A stretch of DNA of 64,000 bases from Eubacteriales bacterium (GCA_045535375.1 JAZSLM010000039.1:9701-73700), one strand, 5' to 3'; positions 42,774 to 52,391 are shown, numbered from the stretch's first letter. The notes: generated by a model from the letters alone, not told the origin. Numbers and translations: made by a program.

Positions 42774-44174
42774 TTAATAGCGGTTGAATGCCGAGAAGCC
42801 GCGGTGTGCCTCGTAAAGGTCGACCTTCGAGATGACCTCATAGGGTGCGTGCATTGCGATTACGGGAACGCCAAGGTCAACGACCTCGATGTTGTGCTTC
42901 GAGATGAACTTTGCAACGGTTCCGCCGCCGCCGAAGTCGACTTTACCGAGCTCGCCTGCCTGCCATACGACGTCGTCCTTTGCCATCATAGCGCGGAGTC
43001 TGCCGATGAATTCAGCCGATGCGTCGTTCGTTCCGCCCTTTCCGCGGGATCCGGTGTACTTGGTGAGTACTACGCCGCAGGAGAGGAGGGAGGAGTTGCG
43101 CTTTTCGAATGCTTCGCCGAAGTTGGGATCGAATGCCGCCGAAACGTCCGCGGAGAGGCAGATCGATGCCGCGCGTACTGCCGCGGGGGAAGCATTCTGC
43201 GACTCTGCGATAGCGTCGATGAGGTCGAGGATGAGATCGCACTGCATACCGGAGTTGCCGTCGCTTCCGGTCTCTTCCTTGTCTGCGAGGATGCACATCA
43301 TGGTGTGGGGAGTGCCCATCTTGAGCGCCTCAAACATAGCGGTCATCGCGGGATAAGCGCAAACGCGGTCGTCGTGGCCGTAAGCGCAGATCATCGAGCG
43401 GTCAAGTCCGACGTCGCGCGCGTTTCCTACGGGAACTGCGGAAAGCTCTGCGGAAAGGAAGTCCTCCTCGCAGATGCCGTACTTCTCGTTGAGGATGCGG
43501 AGGACGTTGAGTTTGATGCCGTCAGCCTCGTTTACGAGAGGACGGCTGCCGACGAGGAGATTGAGCTTTTCGCCGGGGATAGCCTCGCCGAGGGGCTTGC
43601 GGTCGTCGTTGTGACCGAGGTGGGGGAGAAGATCGTTGATATAGAGAACGGGATCTGCAGGATCTTCGCCGATGGATACCCAAACGCTCTCGCCGTTAGC
43701 CTTGATGACTACGCCGTGGAGGGCGAGGGGAGTCGCTACCCACTGGTACTTTCTGATACCGCCGTAGTAGTGGGTCTTGAGGAATGCCATACCGCTGTCC
43801 TCGTAAAGGGGGACCTGCTTGAGGTCGATGCGGGGGGAGTCGATATGAGCCGCGGAAATGCGTATACCCTCGGTGAGAGATTCCTCGCCGACGGAGAAGA
43901 GGAAGAGGTTCTTTCCTCTGTTGTTATAATAGTACTTACCGCCTACCTTGATCTCGTCGCCGAATGCATAGGGAACGAAGCCCTCTGCCTCTGCGAGCTT
44001 GATGGAAGCCCATACAGCCTCGCGCTCGGTCTTTGCATCGTCAAGGTATTTTGCATAGCCTACTGCGTATTCGTAAGCCGCCTCAATGGCAGCCTCGTCG
44101 CGGCGTTCGTAAACGCTCTTTTTCTTGTAAAGAAGCTCGCGTGCGGCTTCTGCGGGAGTTTTGTTTTCGCTCAT
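42774..44174 (-). CDS. M18-family aminopeptidase
   Basis: AAHIDSPRIDLKQ, YGHDDRVC, DKEETGSDG and MHAPYE motifs of aspartyl/M18 aminopeptidases. Confidence 0.8.
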   Translation of the reverse strand: MSENKTPAEAARELLYKKKSVYERRDEAAIEAAYEYAVGYAKYLDDAKTEREAVWASIKLAEAEGFVPYAFGDEIKVGGKYYYNNRGKNLFLFSVGEESLTEGIRISAAHIDSPRIDLKQVPLYEDSGMAFLKTHYYGGIRKYQWVATPLALHGVVIKANGESVWVSIGEDPADPVLYINDLLPHLGHNDDRKPLGEAIPGEKLNLLVGSRPLVNEADGIKLNVLRILNEKYGICEEDFLSAELSAVPVGNARDVGLDRSMICAYGHDDRVCAYPAMTAMFEALKMGTPHTMMCILADKEETGSDGNSGMQCDLILDLIDAIAESQNASPAAVRAASICLSADVSAAFDPNFGEAFEKRNSSLLSCGVVLTKYTGSRGKGGTNDASAEFIGRLRAMMAKDDVVWQAGELGKVDFGGGGTVAKFISKHNIEVVDLGVPVIAMHAPYEVISKVDLYEAHRGFSAFNRY

Positions 44175-44192
44175 TTTGTGTATTTTCCTTTC

Positions 44193-44762
44193 TTAATTTG
44201 CTGATTCATATAATTCGCGGTAGATCTCTACCGTTTTTTCAAATTTTTTGACGAATTCTTCGGTGTTCTCGTCGGGGATATTTTCAAGGGTGCCGTCCGC
44301 GGCGAGATTAGACTCGTCGAGCATCCATTCGTCAACCCTATCTTCACCGATGAAGATAGCGGCGTAAACGGCGCGCCAACTCTGATATTTGGTGAAAAGC
44401 TTCGAGAGCTTGTAGGAGCCGATATCTATATTAGTTTTCGGGTCGAAGAGAAGTCCGGAATCTATCCTTTTACCGAGCTCGGAGGAGAGCAGATCGTATT
44501 CCTCGCGCGTCAGCTGCATAAGACCGATCTTTTCGCCGTCCACATGTCCCGAATCGTAGTCGCTTTGCATTTTTACAGTTCCGTAAATGACGGAAACGGG
44601 AACCGAATAGCTGTAATAGCAGGCGATCACGGCGTCGTTATACTGCCTCGGATATTCCTTCAGGCGGTACTGCGTAAACAGGATGTCGTAAAGAAATCCG
44701 CAGCCGACCGAGAGGATAAGAATGAGGGTTATTGTCAGGGTGTTCAGAAATTTTTTGCTCAT
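44193..44762 (-). CDS. membrane-anchored SLT-domain (lytic transglycosylase-like) protein
   Basis: N-terminal TM. IGLMQLT and DPKTNIDIGSYKL motifs of the SLT/goose-lysozyme fold. Typical position downstream of coaE. Confidence 0.65.
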   Translation of the reverse strand: MSKKFLNTLTITLILILSVGCGFLYDILFTQYRLKEYPRQYNDAVIACYYSYSVPVSVIYGTVKMQSDYDSGHVDGEKIGLMQLTREEYDLLSSELGKRIDSGLLFDPKTNIDIGSYKLSKLFTKYQSWRAVYAAIFIGEDRVDEWMLDESNLAADGTLENIPDENTEEFVKKFEKTVEIYRELYESAN

Positions 44763-45346
44763 TTTGCTTTGTTGAAAATATCATTTGCGGCGGCGCGGAG
44801 CTTGTCGGTATCGCCGTCGTTGATCACTGTACAGGTTGCGCGAGAGGAATAAAAATCATCCTTCGGCGCGGCATTCATACGCGCTTTGAGTGCCTCCGCC
44901 GTGCGGTTGTCGCGCTGAGTCAGTCTCCCAAGACGGAGCTCGGGCGAGGCGAGGAGCGCGACTGTGAAGTCACATTCTTTCTCAAAATTTGCCTCGAAGA
45001 GAAGGGGAGCGTCGATGACGGCGCAAGCTTTATCGGTTCCCTTTATCGCTTTGCGAACCTCGGCAAGCACGAAAGCATGGGTGATCTCGTTAAGTCTTGC
45101 TCGAAGCTTGTCCGCGTTGGGAGCAAAAACTATCGAGCCGAGGGCGATGCGGTCAAGGCTTCCGTCGGGCTTGATTACCGATGCGCCGAATTCAGCCTCA
45201 AGCGCGCGGGTGCATTCGGAGGGAGAGTTAACGAGAGAGTGATAAATTTTGTCGCAATCGAGATGCAGACATCCGAGTTCTTCAAGATAAGAACAGAAAA
45301 GCGATTTGCCCGCCCCACTGGGACCCGTTACGCCGATAACAGTCAT
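44759..45346 (-). CDS. coaE: dephospho-CoA kinase
   Basis: P-loop GVTGPSGAGKS and about 195 aa. Its stop overlaps the next gene's start. Confidence 0.85.
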   Translation of the reverse strand: MTVIGVTGPSGAGKSLFCSYLEELGCLHLDCDKIYHSLVNSPSECTRALEAEFGASVIKPDGSLDRIALGSIVFAPNADKLRARLNEITHAFVLAEVRKAIKGTDKACAVIDAPLLFEANFEKECDFTVALLASPELRLGRLTQRDNRTAEALKARMNAAPKDDFYSSRATCTVINDGDTDKLRAAANDIFNKAK

Positions 45347-45484
45347 TATTTTCCTCTCTTTCCGAAATTAAACAATATTTCTGCATTATATTATTATACA
45401 TAGTACATTATACCACATTTGAAATAAAAATGCAAGTCTTTTTTACGCCCTCGCGTGTGTAGTAAATATTTTTGTGTAGAACTG

Positions 45485-45513
45485 TTGCAAAAATCCAAAT
45501 TATGTAGTATAAT
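45485..45513 (+). promoter_or_regulatory. sigma-A type promoter
   Basis: TTGCAA (45485-45490), 17 nt, TATAAT (45508-45513). Confidence 0.65.
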
Positions 45514-45540
45514 ATATCTTGAGAAAGTATGAAATCAAAT

Positions 45541-45658
45541 GCTTTTCGCAACAGCGAAAAGCTACCTTAACTTCGGCGCAGCCGAACATTAACTCGCGCA
45601 CCGCGCGATCTTAACTCGGCGCAAGCCGACCTTAACTCCGCGCAAGCGGACATTAACT
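45541..45658 (+). repeat. leader hairpin plus array of five TTAACT hexamers separated by variable palindromes
   Basis: gcttttcgc aaca gcgaaaagc, then TTAACT at 45567, 45589, 45611, 45632 and 45653. Intervening stems are tcggc/gccga, cgcgc/gcgcg, cggc/gccg and ccgc/gcgg. Confidence 0.85.
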
Positions 45659-45678
45659 CAAAAAAGAGGTATACCACC

Positions 45679-46359
45679 ATGTATAAATGGCTTCTTTTTG
45701 ACGCCGACGACACTCTTCTCGATTTCAAGCTCGGTGAAAAGAGAGCGATCACCGCGACTTTTCTTGAAGCGGGACTGCCGACCGACGATGAAGTTATCGA
45801 AACCTACAGCAGAATAAACGACAATCTCTGGAAGATGCTTGAGCGCGGCGAGGTGACAAAGGATCGCCTTAAGGTTCTTCGTTTCGAGCAATTCTGCGAG
45901 CATTACGGATTTGACTTCGACGGCGCGGCGCTTGCGGAGCTTTATGTTGAAAATCTGAAAAAGCAGACCGTTCTGCTCGACGGCGTGGAGGACGTTTGCC
46001 GCGCGCTTTACGGAAAATATAAAATGTACATCATCACCAATGGCATCGAGGCGGTTCAAAAAGCTCGCTTCGGCGGTTGCGCGATCAAGGAATATTTTGA
46101 AAAGTGTTATATTTCGGACGCCATCGGCGTAGCAAAGCCGAAAAAGGGTTTCTTTGACGCGGTGGCGGCGGATATTCCCGATTTTGATAAATCGCAGGCG
46201 CTCATTATCGGTGACTCGCTGACCTCGGATATCAAGGGCGGAGTCGAATACGGGATCGATACCTGCTGGCTCAACCCGAAGGGCAAAGAATCACCCGAAG
46301 GAATGGATATCACCTACACGATCGGCGATATCCGCGATCTGCTTGGAATTTTGGAGTAA
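45679..46359 (+). CDS. HAD-superfamily hydrolase (YjjG-like nucleotidase subfamily)
   Basis: Motif I LLFDADDTLLDF, motif III/IV KPKK...GDSLTSD. Confidence 0.75.
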   Translation: MYKWLLFDADDTLLDFKLGEKRAITATFLEAGLPTDDEVIETYSRINDNLWKMLERGEVTKDRLKVLRFEQFCEHYGFDFDGAALAELYVENLKKQTVLLDGVEDVCRALYGKYKMYIITNGIEAVQKARFGGCAIKEYFEKCYISDAIGVAKPKKGFFDAVAADIPDFDKSQALIIGDSLTSDIKGGVEYGIDTCWLNPKGKESPEGMDITYTIGDIRDLLGILE

Positions 46360-46361
46360 TT

Positions 46362-47291
46362 ATGGACAGAGATCTTATTTTGCTTTCGCTTATGCGAAAA
46401 TTTGAAAAAGAGGGCATCGAATGCGCAAATGCGCTTCCGCTTTCCTCGAAATCGAGCTTTAAGATAGGCGGAAAGGCAGCCCTTGCCGTTTTCCCGAAGA
46501 ATGCCTCGGAGCTTGAATATACCGTTGCGTATCTCAATGATCGCGAGATGCCCTACATAGTCGTCGGCAACGGTTCGAACATCCTTTTTGAGGACGAGGG
46601 ATACCGCGGATGCGTCATTTTTACCGAGAAGATGAATGGTGTTACGGTTGACGGAAACCGCATCACCGCGGGCGCGGGAGCGTCGTTTACGGCACTTGCC
46701 GTAACGGCGAAGAACGCATCGCTGACGGGTCTTGAGTTTGCTTACGGCATCCCCGGAAGCGTGGGCGGCGCGGTAGTTATGAACGCGGGCGCTTACGGCG
46801 GAGAGGTTGCGCAGGCGATAGAATCCTGCACTGTTTTCGACGCCGAAAAATGCGAAGTTCTGACGCTCAAAAAGGACGAAATGGAGCTTTCCTACCGACA
46901 CAGCGTTATGTCGGAAAACAAAAAATATATCTGCATTTCTGCAACCTTTACCCTCAAAGAGGGTAAAAAGGACGAGATCGACGCTTTTATGCGCGATATT
47001 ATGCAGAGGAGAATATCGAAGCAGCCACTCGAATATCCCAGCGCGGGAAGCGTTTTCAAACGCCCCGCCCCCGACCTTTTTGTCGGCAAGATGATCGAGG
47101 ATTCGGGACTCAAGGGTTACACCGTTGGCGGCGCGCAGGTTTCGGAAAAGCACGCGGGGTTTATCATCAATGTCGGTAACGCTACCGCGAAGGACGTCCT
47201 CGACCTTGTGGAGCATATTAAGTGCGTTATCCGCGAAAACTACGGTGTGGAGCTCGAGTGCGAGATCAGAAGAGTGAGAAGCGGAGAATGA
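46362..47291 (+). CDS. murB: UDP-N-acetylenolpyruvoylglucosamine reductase
   Basis: FAD-binding FKIGG, VVGNGSN and GIPGSVGGAVVMNAGAYG, plus C-terminal SAGSVFKRP and GGAQVSEKHAGFIIN. Confidence 0.9.
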   Translation: MDRDLILLSLMRKFEKEGIECANALPLSSKSSFKIGGKAALAVFPKNASELEYTVAYLNDREMPYIVVGNGSNILFEDEGYRGCVIFTEKMNGVTVDGNRITAGAGASFTALAVTAKNASLTGLEFAYGIPGSVGGAVVMNAGAYGGEVAQAIESCTVFDAEKCEVLTLKKDEMELSYRHSVMSENKKYICISATFTLKEGKKDEIDAFMRDIMQRRISKQPLEYPSAGSVFKRPAPDLFVGKMIEDSGLKGYTVGGAQVSEKHAGFIINVGNATAKDVLDLVEHIKCVIRENYGVELECEIRRVRSGE

Positions 47292-48166
47292 AGAATTTTA
47301 CCGAACGCGTAAGAGAGGAGCTTTCGGGCAACCTTCCCTCAGCCCAGTGTTGCCGCCGCTCGATGCTCTGCGGCATCCTCATCAACGCCGATTGCTCGCC
47401 CGACGGAATGATCTATGCCAAGCTTTCGGGCAGAAATTCGACTGAGCTGATGCTGAGGCTTCTGCGCGATACTTTCGGCAGAGAAGCTTTTCCGGAGTAT
47501 TCAAACAGCTACGGCAGGGTTTCGGCAGAAGTTTCATTTTCATCGGATAAACTTGCCGATAAACTCCGCGAGATGTCTTCGGGAGCCGAAAGTACTCTTT
47601 TCAAATGCAAGAACTGCCGCGCGGCGTTCCTTTCCGGAATCCTGCTTTCCTCGGCAAACTTTTCGGATCCCGAGCGCGAGTCGCGACTTGAGGTTCGCAT
47701 AAACGACCCCGCGCGTGCCGAATTTCTTCTTGGCTTTTTTGCCGATCTCGGACATTCACCGAGGCTTTCTGACAGGGACGGATTGTCATCCCTTATCTTC
47801 AAGCGCGGTGAGGACGTTGAGGACGTGCTGACGATCGCGGGTGCGGTTTCGTCGGTTATGGAGCTGATGCAAGGCAAGCTGATGCGCGAGTTGCGCGGAC
47901 AGATCAACCGCAATTCAAACTGCGAGGTTCGAAATATCGGGCGCGTAGCGGTTGCGTCGCAGGTGCAGATCGACGCTATTGCAGAAATACGAGAAAGCGG
48001 AAGATTTGCCGCGCTTCCCGATGAACTCAAGGAAACGGCGACTTTGCGCGAGGACTTTCCCGAGCTTCCTCTTTCCGAGCTCGCGGCAAAGCATTCGCCC
48101 CCGATAACGAAATCGGGGCTTAATCACAGACTTAAAAAACTTCTTGCGATTGCAGGAAAAGAATAA
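47288..48166 (+). CDS. whiA: DNA-binding protein WhiA
   Basis: MKNFTERVREEL start, degenerate LAGLIDADG-like middle, C-terminal HTH LSELAAKHSPPITKSGLNHRLKKL. ATG overlaps the murB stop. Confidence 0.8.
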   Translation: MKNFTERVREELSGNLPSAQCCRRSMLCGILINADCSPDGMIYAKLSGRNSTELMLRLLRDTFGREAFPEYSNSYGRVSAEVSFSSDKLADKLREMSSGAESTLFKCKNCRAAFLSGILLSSANFSDPERESRLEVRINDPARAEFLLGFFADLGHSPRLSDRDGLSSLIFKRGEDVEDVLTIAGAVSSVMELMQGKLMRELRGQINRNSNCEVRNIGRVAVASQVQIDAIAEIRESGRFAALPDELKETATLREDFPELPLSELAAKHSPPITKSGLNHRLKKLLAIAGKE

Positions 48167-48167
48167 T

Positions 48168-48316
48168 CAAGTGTAAAACTGCGTTTTTACACTTGGAATC
48201 GCGCACTTATCGCCGCTTGTCAAAATCTGCGATTTTGACAGCTCCCCTCGGCGCGCGGACTCGCTTTGCTCGTCTGAATGGTGTTTTTTCGGCGGCAAAG
48301 CCACCGAAAAAACGAT
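48168..48316 (+). repeat. full copy (B) of the multi-hairpin intergenic repeat family
   Basis: Starts 2 nt after the whiA stop. Hairpins: caagtgtaaaa..ttttacacttg, gtcaaaatc tgc gattttgac, ttttttcggcggc aaa gccaccgaaaaaa. It is the reverse complement of 28471-28619. Confidence 0.85.
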
Positions 48317-48353
48317 TTTCATAAAAATAGAAAAAATATAAGGAGGTGCGGAA

Positions 48354-51300
48354 ATGGGCGACTTCGTTCACTTGCATCTGCATACCGAATACAGTCTTCT
48401 TGACGGCGCGTGCCGTATCAAGGATATCCCCGATGCGGTCATCGCGGCGGGGCATTCTGCCGTTGCAATGACCGATCACGGCGGTATGTACGGCACGATG
48501 CAGTTCTATCGCACCTGCAAGGAAAAGGGCATAAAGCCCATTATAGGCTGCGAGGTCTACGTTGCTCCCGGCTCGCGTTTTGAGCGCGTCGCGGGGCGCG
48601 AGGGCGGCTCGCACCACCTCGTTCTGCTTTGCGAGAACGAGATCGGATACAAAAACCTGACTTATATGGTCTCGAAGGCTTTTACAGAGGGTTTTTATTC
48701 GCGTCCGCGAGTTGACCTCGAGCTTCTTCGCCACCATTCGGAGGGACTTATCGCTCTTTCCGCTTGCCTTTCGGGCGAGATCCCCTCGGCACTTTCCGCG
48801 GGCGACCGTGAGAGAGCCGAAAATATCGCAAAGACTTACAAGCAGATCTTCGGAAAAGATCATTTTTACATCGAGCTTCAGAATCACGGCATAGCGGAGG
48901 AGAGGCAGATCTTGCCCGAGCTGTACGAGCTTGCGCGCGGGCTTGATCTTCCCGTTGTAGCCACCAACGACGTCCACTATCTGCGCAAGAGCGATGCACG
49001 CGCGCAAACGGTCCTCATGTGCATTCAGACGAATACCACGATGGCGGACGGCGGCAGACCGGGTTTTGAAACCGAAGAATTTTACTATAAATCCACCCTT
49101 GAGATGGAGCGCCTTTTCGGCGGCTTTGAGGGGGCGATCGAGAATACCGTCAAGATCGCGGAAATGTGCGATCTCGAATTTGAGGATAAAGGCTATCTTC
49201 TGCCCACTTATCCTCTGCGAGAGGGTGAAAATGCGGCGGACGTGCTTCGTCTGCGCACCTACGAGGGCATTGAAAGGCTGGCGCTTGCGGGCAGACTTCC
49301 CGCGGAGGGATTTACCCTTACCGACTATATGGAGCGTGCCGATTACGAGCTTGACGTCATTCATTCGATGGGATTTGACGACTATTTCCTTATCGTTTCG
49401 GATTACGTCGGATTTGCCAAGGGCGCGGGTATTCCAGTCGGGCCCGGCAGAGGCTCGGGATGCGGAAGCCTTGTTGCTTTCGGTACGGGCATCACCGATA
49501 TCGACCCGCTTCGCTTCGATCTTCTCTTTGAGCGATTCCTCAACCCCGAGCGAGTCAGCATGCCCGATATTGATATCGATTTTTGCTACAACCGCCGCGA
49601 CGAGGTTTTGGCTTACGTCAAGGATAAATACGGCACCGACCGCGTTTCGCAGATCATAACTTTCGGTACTCTCGCCGCGCGTGCGGCTATCCGCGACTGC
49701 GGACGCGCCTTGGGGATGAGCTATGCCGACGTCGACGAGATCGCAAAGCTGATCCCGCGCGAGCTTGACGTGACCATCGATCAGGCGCTCGTCGTTCCCG
49801 CGCTTAAGGAAAAATACAATTCATCCGACGATATACGCGAGCTTATCGACACCGCGCGCCTCTTGGAAGGCATGCCGCGAAACGTGTCCATCCACGCCGC
49901 GGGTGTCGTTATCACCGAGCGACCCGTTTACGAATATCTGCCGCTTGCGGTATCCGGCGGCGCGGTCATAACTCAGTTCGATATGGACACTGTCGCCTCG
50001 CTCGGACTTCTCAAATTCGACTTCCTTGCATTGCGTTATCTGACAATAATCGATGATGCGGTCAAAATGATAAAGGAAAGACTCCCCGATTTCGAGATCG
50101 AAAAGGTTGATCTTGCGGATAAAAAGACATATGAGCTTATTTCCTCGGGTCAGACGAGCGGAGTTTCCCAGCTTGAATCCTCGGGAATGAGGGCGATGCT
50201 TCAGAATCTTTGCCCCGAGTCGATAGACGACATCCTCGCGGCGATAGCACTCTACCGCCCGGGACCCATGGAGTCGATACCTAAATATATCGAGGGCAAA
50301 AACGCCCCCGAAAGCGTAGAGTATGCGCATCCTCTGCTCGAACCGATACTCCGCCCGACCTACGGCTGTATCGTTTATCAGGAGCAGGTTATGAATATTT
50401 TCCGCACCGTTGCGGGATTCTCGTTCGGCAGGGCAGATATCGTCCGCCGTGCGATGTCAAAGAAAAAAGCCTCCGCACTTGCGGCGGAGAGGGATAATTT
50501 TGTAAACGGTGCCGAGGAACGCGGTGTTGAACGCGAGATTGCCGAGAAGCTCTTTGAGGATATGTCGAGCTTTGCTTCCTACGCCTTCAACAAGAGCCAC
50601 GCGGCGGCGTACGCGATGCTTTCCTTCCGTACCGCATACCTCAAGGCTCACTATCCGCGCGAGTATTTTTCCGCGTTGCTGACCTCCGTTCTCGGAAACG
50701 CAGATAAGATCGCGGAATATATCGCCGAGGCGAACCGCGCGGGAATCCGCGTGCTTCCGCCCGACATAAACCGCAGTATGCTTGATTTTCACGTCAGCGA
50801 CAAAGATATCACCTTCGGTCTGCTTGCTCTGAAAAATGTCGGACGGCAGTTTGTTGACAGATTGATTCTTGAACGCATCGACAGACCCTTTTCATCTTTC
50901 TCCGATTTTCTTGACAGAATGTCGGATGGCGACCTCAACCGCCGTATGGTCGAGTCGCTGATAAAAGCGGGCGCATTCGACTCGCTCGGTGTTTACCGCT
51001 CACGTCTGCTTGCAACGCTTGACGAGGCACTCGGCGCGATATCGCGCAAGAAGAGCGGAAATATTGCGGGTCAGATGGACATGTTCTCGATGCCCGATGC
51101 CGTGGAGGGCGGGGGAGAGAGTATAGTTTATCCCGATATCCCCGAATTTCCCACGAAGGATCTGCTCTATATGGAGCGCGAAGCGGCGGGACTTTTCTTC
51201 TCGGGCCATCTGCTTGACGGCTACGGGCTTCATATCAAGTCGCTTTCACCGCAGAATATAGTCGATATCGCGGGCAAGGAGGACGAGGAGGATGCCGATA

Positions 51301-51881
51301 CCCTCGCGGACGGAACCAAGGTCTGCATTTGCGGAATTATTTCCTCCGTCACGCAAAAAACGACCCGAAAGGGCGACGGCATGGCGTTTGCCACTCTTGA
51401 GGATAAATCGGGTACGCTCGAACTCGTGGTTTTCTCAAAACAGTACGAAACTTATCGCAGACATATCGAAGAGGACAACGCCGTCTGCATCACGGGTACG
51501 GTCTCGCACCGCGACGGCGAGAGGGCAAAGGTGCTCGTCAATACTGCGGCAATGCTTCTGACCGACGAGGATTTCAAGAGGCGCAAAGCCGAGCCTCCGA
51601 AGCCTCAGCCGCAACGGGCTCCCGCGCAAACAGTTGCAAAGCCCGCGCCCGAGCGCCCCAAACAAGTTTCGGTCGTTTATATCCGCGTGCCCTCAAAGAA
51701 TTCCGAGGTTTACAAAAAATGCGAGAATATCGTTGAGATCTTCGAGGGATTCACGCGCGTGAGCTTCTATTTTGCGGACACGAAAAAGTACGTCGACCAT
51801 ATGCACGGTATGGTTCTCGGAGACGTTCAGCTTGCTGAACTGCGCCGCCTTGCGGGCGAGGATTCCGTGGTTCTCAAATGA
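48354..51881 (+). CDS. dnaE: DNA polymerase III alpha subunit
   Basis: AAGGAGG SD. PHP N-terminus FVHLHLHTEYSLLDGA, polymerase core (PDIDIDF) and an OB-fold C-terminus. 1175 aa. Confidence 0.9.
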   Translation: MGDFVHLHLHTEYSLLDGACRIKDIPDAVIAAGHSAVAMTDHGGMYGTMQFYRTCKEKGIKPIIGCEVYVAPGSRFERVAGREGGSHHLVLLCENEIGYKNLTYMVSKAFTEGFYSRPRVDLELLRHHSEGLIALSACLSGEIPSALSAGDRERAENIAKTYKQIFGKDHFYIELQNHGIAEERQILPELYELARGLDLPVVATNDVHYLRKSDARAQTVLMCIQTNTTMADGGRPGFETEEFYYKSTLEMERLFGGFEGAIENTVKIAEMCDLEFEDKGYLLPTYPLREGENAADVLRLRTYEGIERLALAGRLPAEGFTLTDYMERADYELDVIHSMGFDDYFLIVSDYVGFAKGAGIPVGPGRGSGCGSLVAFGTGITDIDPLRFDLLFERFLNPERVSMPDIDIDFCYNRRDEVLAYVKDKYGTDRVSQIITFGTLAARAAIRDCGRALGMSYADVDEIAKLIPRELDVTIDQALVVPALKEKYNSSDDIRELIDTARLLEGMPRNVSIHAAGVVITERPVYEYLPLAVSGGAVITQFDMDTVASLGLLKFDFLALRYLTIIDDAVKMIKERLPDFEIEKVDLADKKTYELISSGQTSGVSQLESSGMRAMLQNLCPESIDDILAAIALYRPGPMESIPKYIEGKNAPESVEYAHPLLEPILRPTYGCIVYQEQVMNIFRTVAGFSFGRADIVRRAMSKKKASALAAERDNFVNGAEERGVEREIAEKLFEDMSSFASYAFNKSHAAAYAMLSFRTAYLKAHYPREYFSALLTSVLGNADKIAEYIAEANRAGIRVLPPDINRSMLDFHVSDKDITFGLLALKNVGRQFVDRLILERIDRPFSSFSDFLDRMSDGDLNRRMVESLIKAGAFDSLGVYRSRLLATLDEALGAISRKKSGNIAGQMDMFSMPDAVEGGGESIVYPDIPEFPTKDLLYMEREAAGLFFSGHLLDGYGLHIKSLSPQNIVDIAGKEDEEDADTLADGTKVCICGIISSVTQKTTRKGDGMAFATLEDKSGTLELVVFSKQYETYRRHIEEDNAVCITGTVSHRDGERAKVLVNTAAMLLTDEDFKRRKAEPPKPQPQRAPAQTVAKPAPERPKQVSVVYIRVPSKNSEVYKKCENIVEIFEGFTRVSFYFADTKKYVDHMHGMVLGDVQLAELRRLAGEDSVVLK

Positions 51882-52391
51882 TCAGGAGATAATATCGTAT
51901 ATCGCGCTTATCGCACCGCTTTCATCCGGAAAGGAGATGCCCGCAAGCAAAGCTTCGCGGTCCTTCGGATGAAGGGCGGATGCATTGATTATGCGCTCGC
52001 TGACGGGCGTGCCATCAGGAGCGGTTACCACCAGCCGATCTCCGTCAAGCATCAGGGTGTAACCCGACGGCGCGGACGTGCGCTCTTCCGTATAGGTTGA
52101 ATTTTCTTGCAAAGTTTCTTCCGTGCTTTCATCGGGTGCGCTTGTTTCCTCCGGAAGAGTTTCGGATCCCGTAATTCCCTCCGTGGACTCGGGAATCGCT
52201 GAGGTTTCGGGCGCGTGGGTGGTTTCGGGAGCGTCGGTTGTTTCTTCGGCGCCGATGTCTTCCGCTTCCGCCGCTGAGGCGATAATTGCGGCGTATTGAC
52301 TCCGTGCCGCCGCAAATACGGCAAAAGCCGAAACTATAAGTGCGGCCACGGACACGGTTATGAATGCTATTATGAGATTTTTGGTGTTCAT
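51882..52391 (-). CDS. membrane-anchored protein with acidic Thr/Glu/Pro-rich linker, function unknown
   Basis: GAGGG SD, an N-terminal TM helix, a low-complexity ETT/APE linker and a ~60-aa C-terminal globular part. Confidence 0.5.
   Translation of the reverse strand: MNTKNLIIAFITVSVAALIVSAFAVFAAARSQYAAIIASAAEAEDIGAEETTDAPETTHAPETSAIPESTEGITGSETLPEETSAPDESTEETLQENSTYTEERTSAPSGYTLMLDGDRLVVTAPDGTPVSERIINASALHPKDREALLAGISFPDESGAISAIYDIIS

Noticed and set aside
45567-45658. Possible CRISPR array (regularly spaced identical short repeats); the same question applies to 18902-18999.
   Set aside because: The repeats are only 6-7 nt, the 'spacers' only 13-19 nt and each is self-complementary. The period is ~21 nt and there are no cas genes in the window. 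This is incompatible with any known CRISPR architecture. It is reported instead as a structured repeat array.
51876-51887. dnaE and the convergent 169-aa gene abut with zero intergenic distance (tga|tca) and no terminator between them.
   Set aside because: Noted as a curiosity only. Convergent overlap is common, and it may merely indicate that the small ORF's C-terminal end is over-extended.
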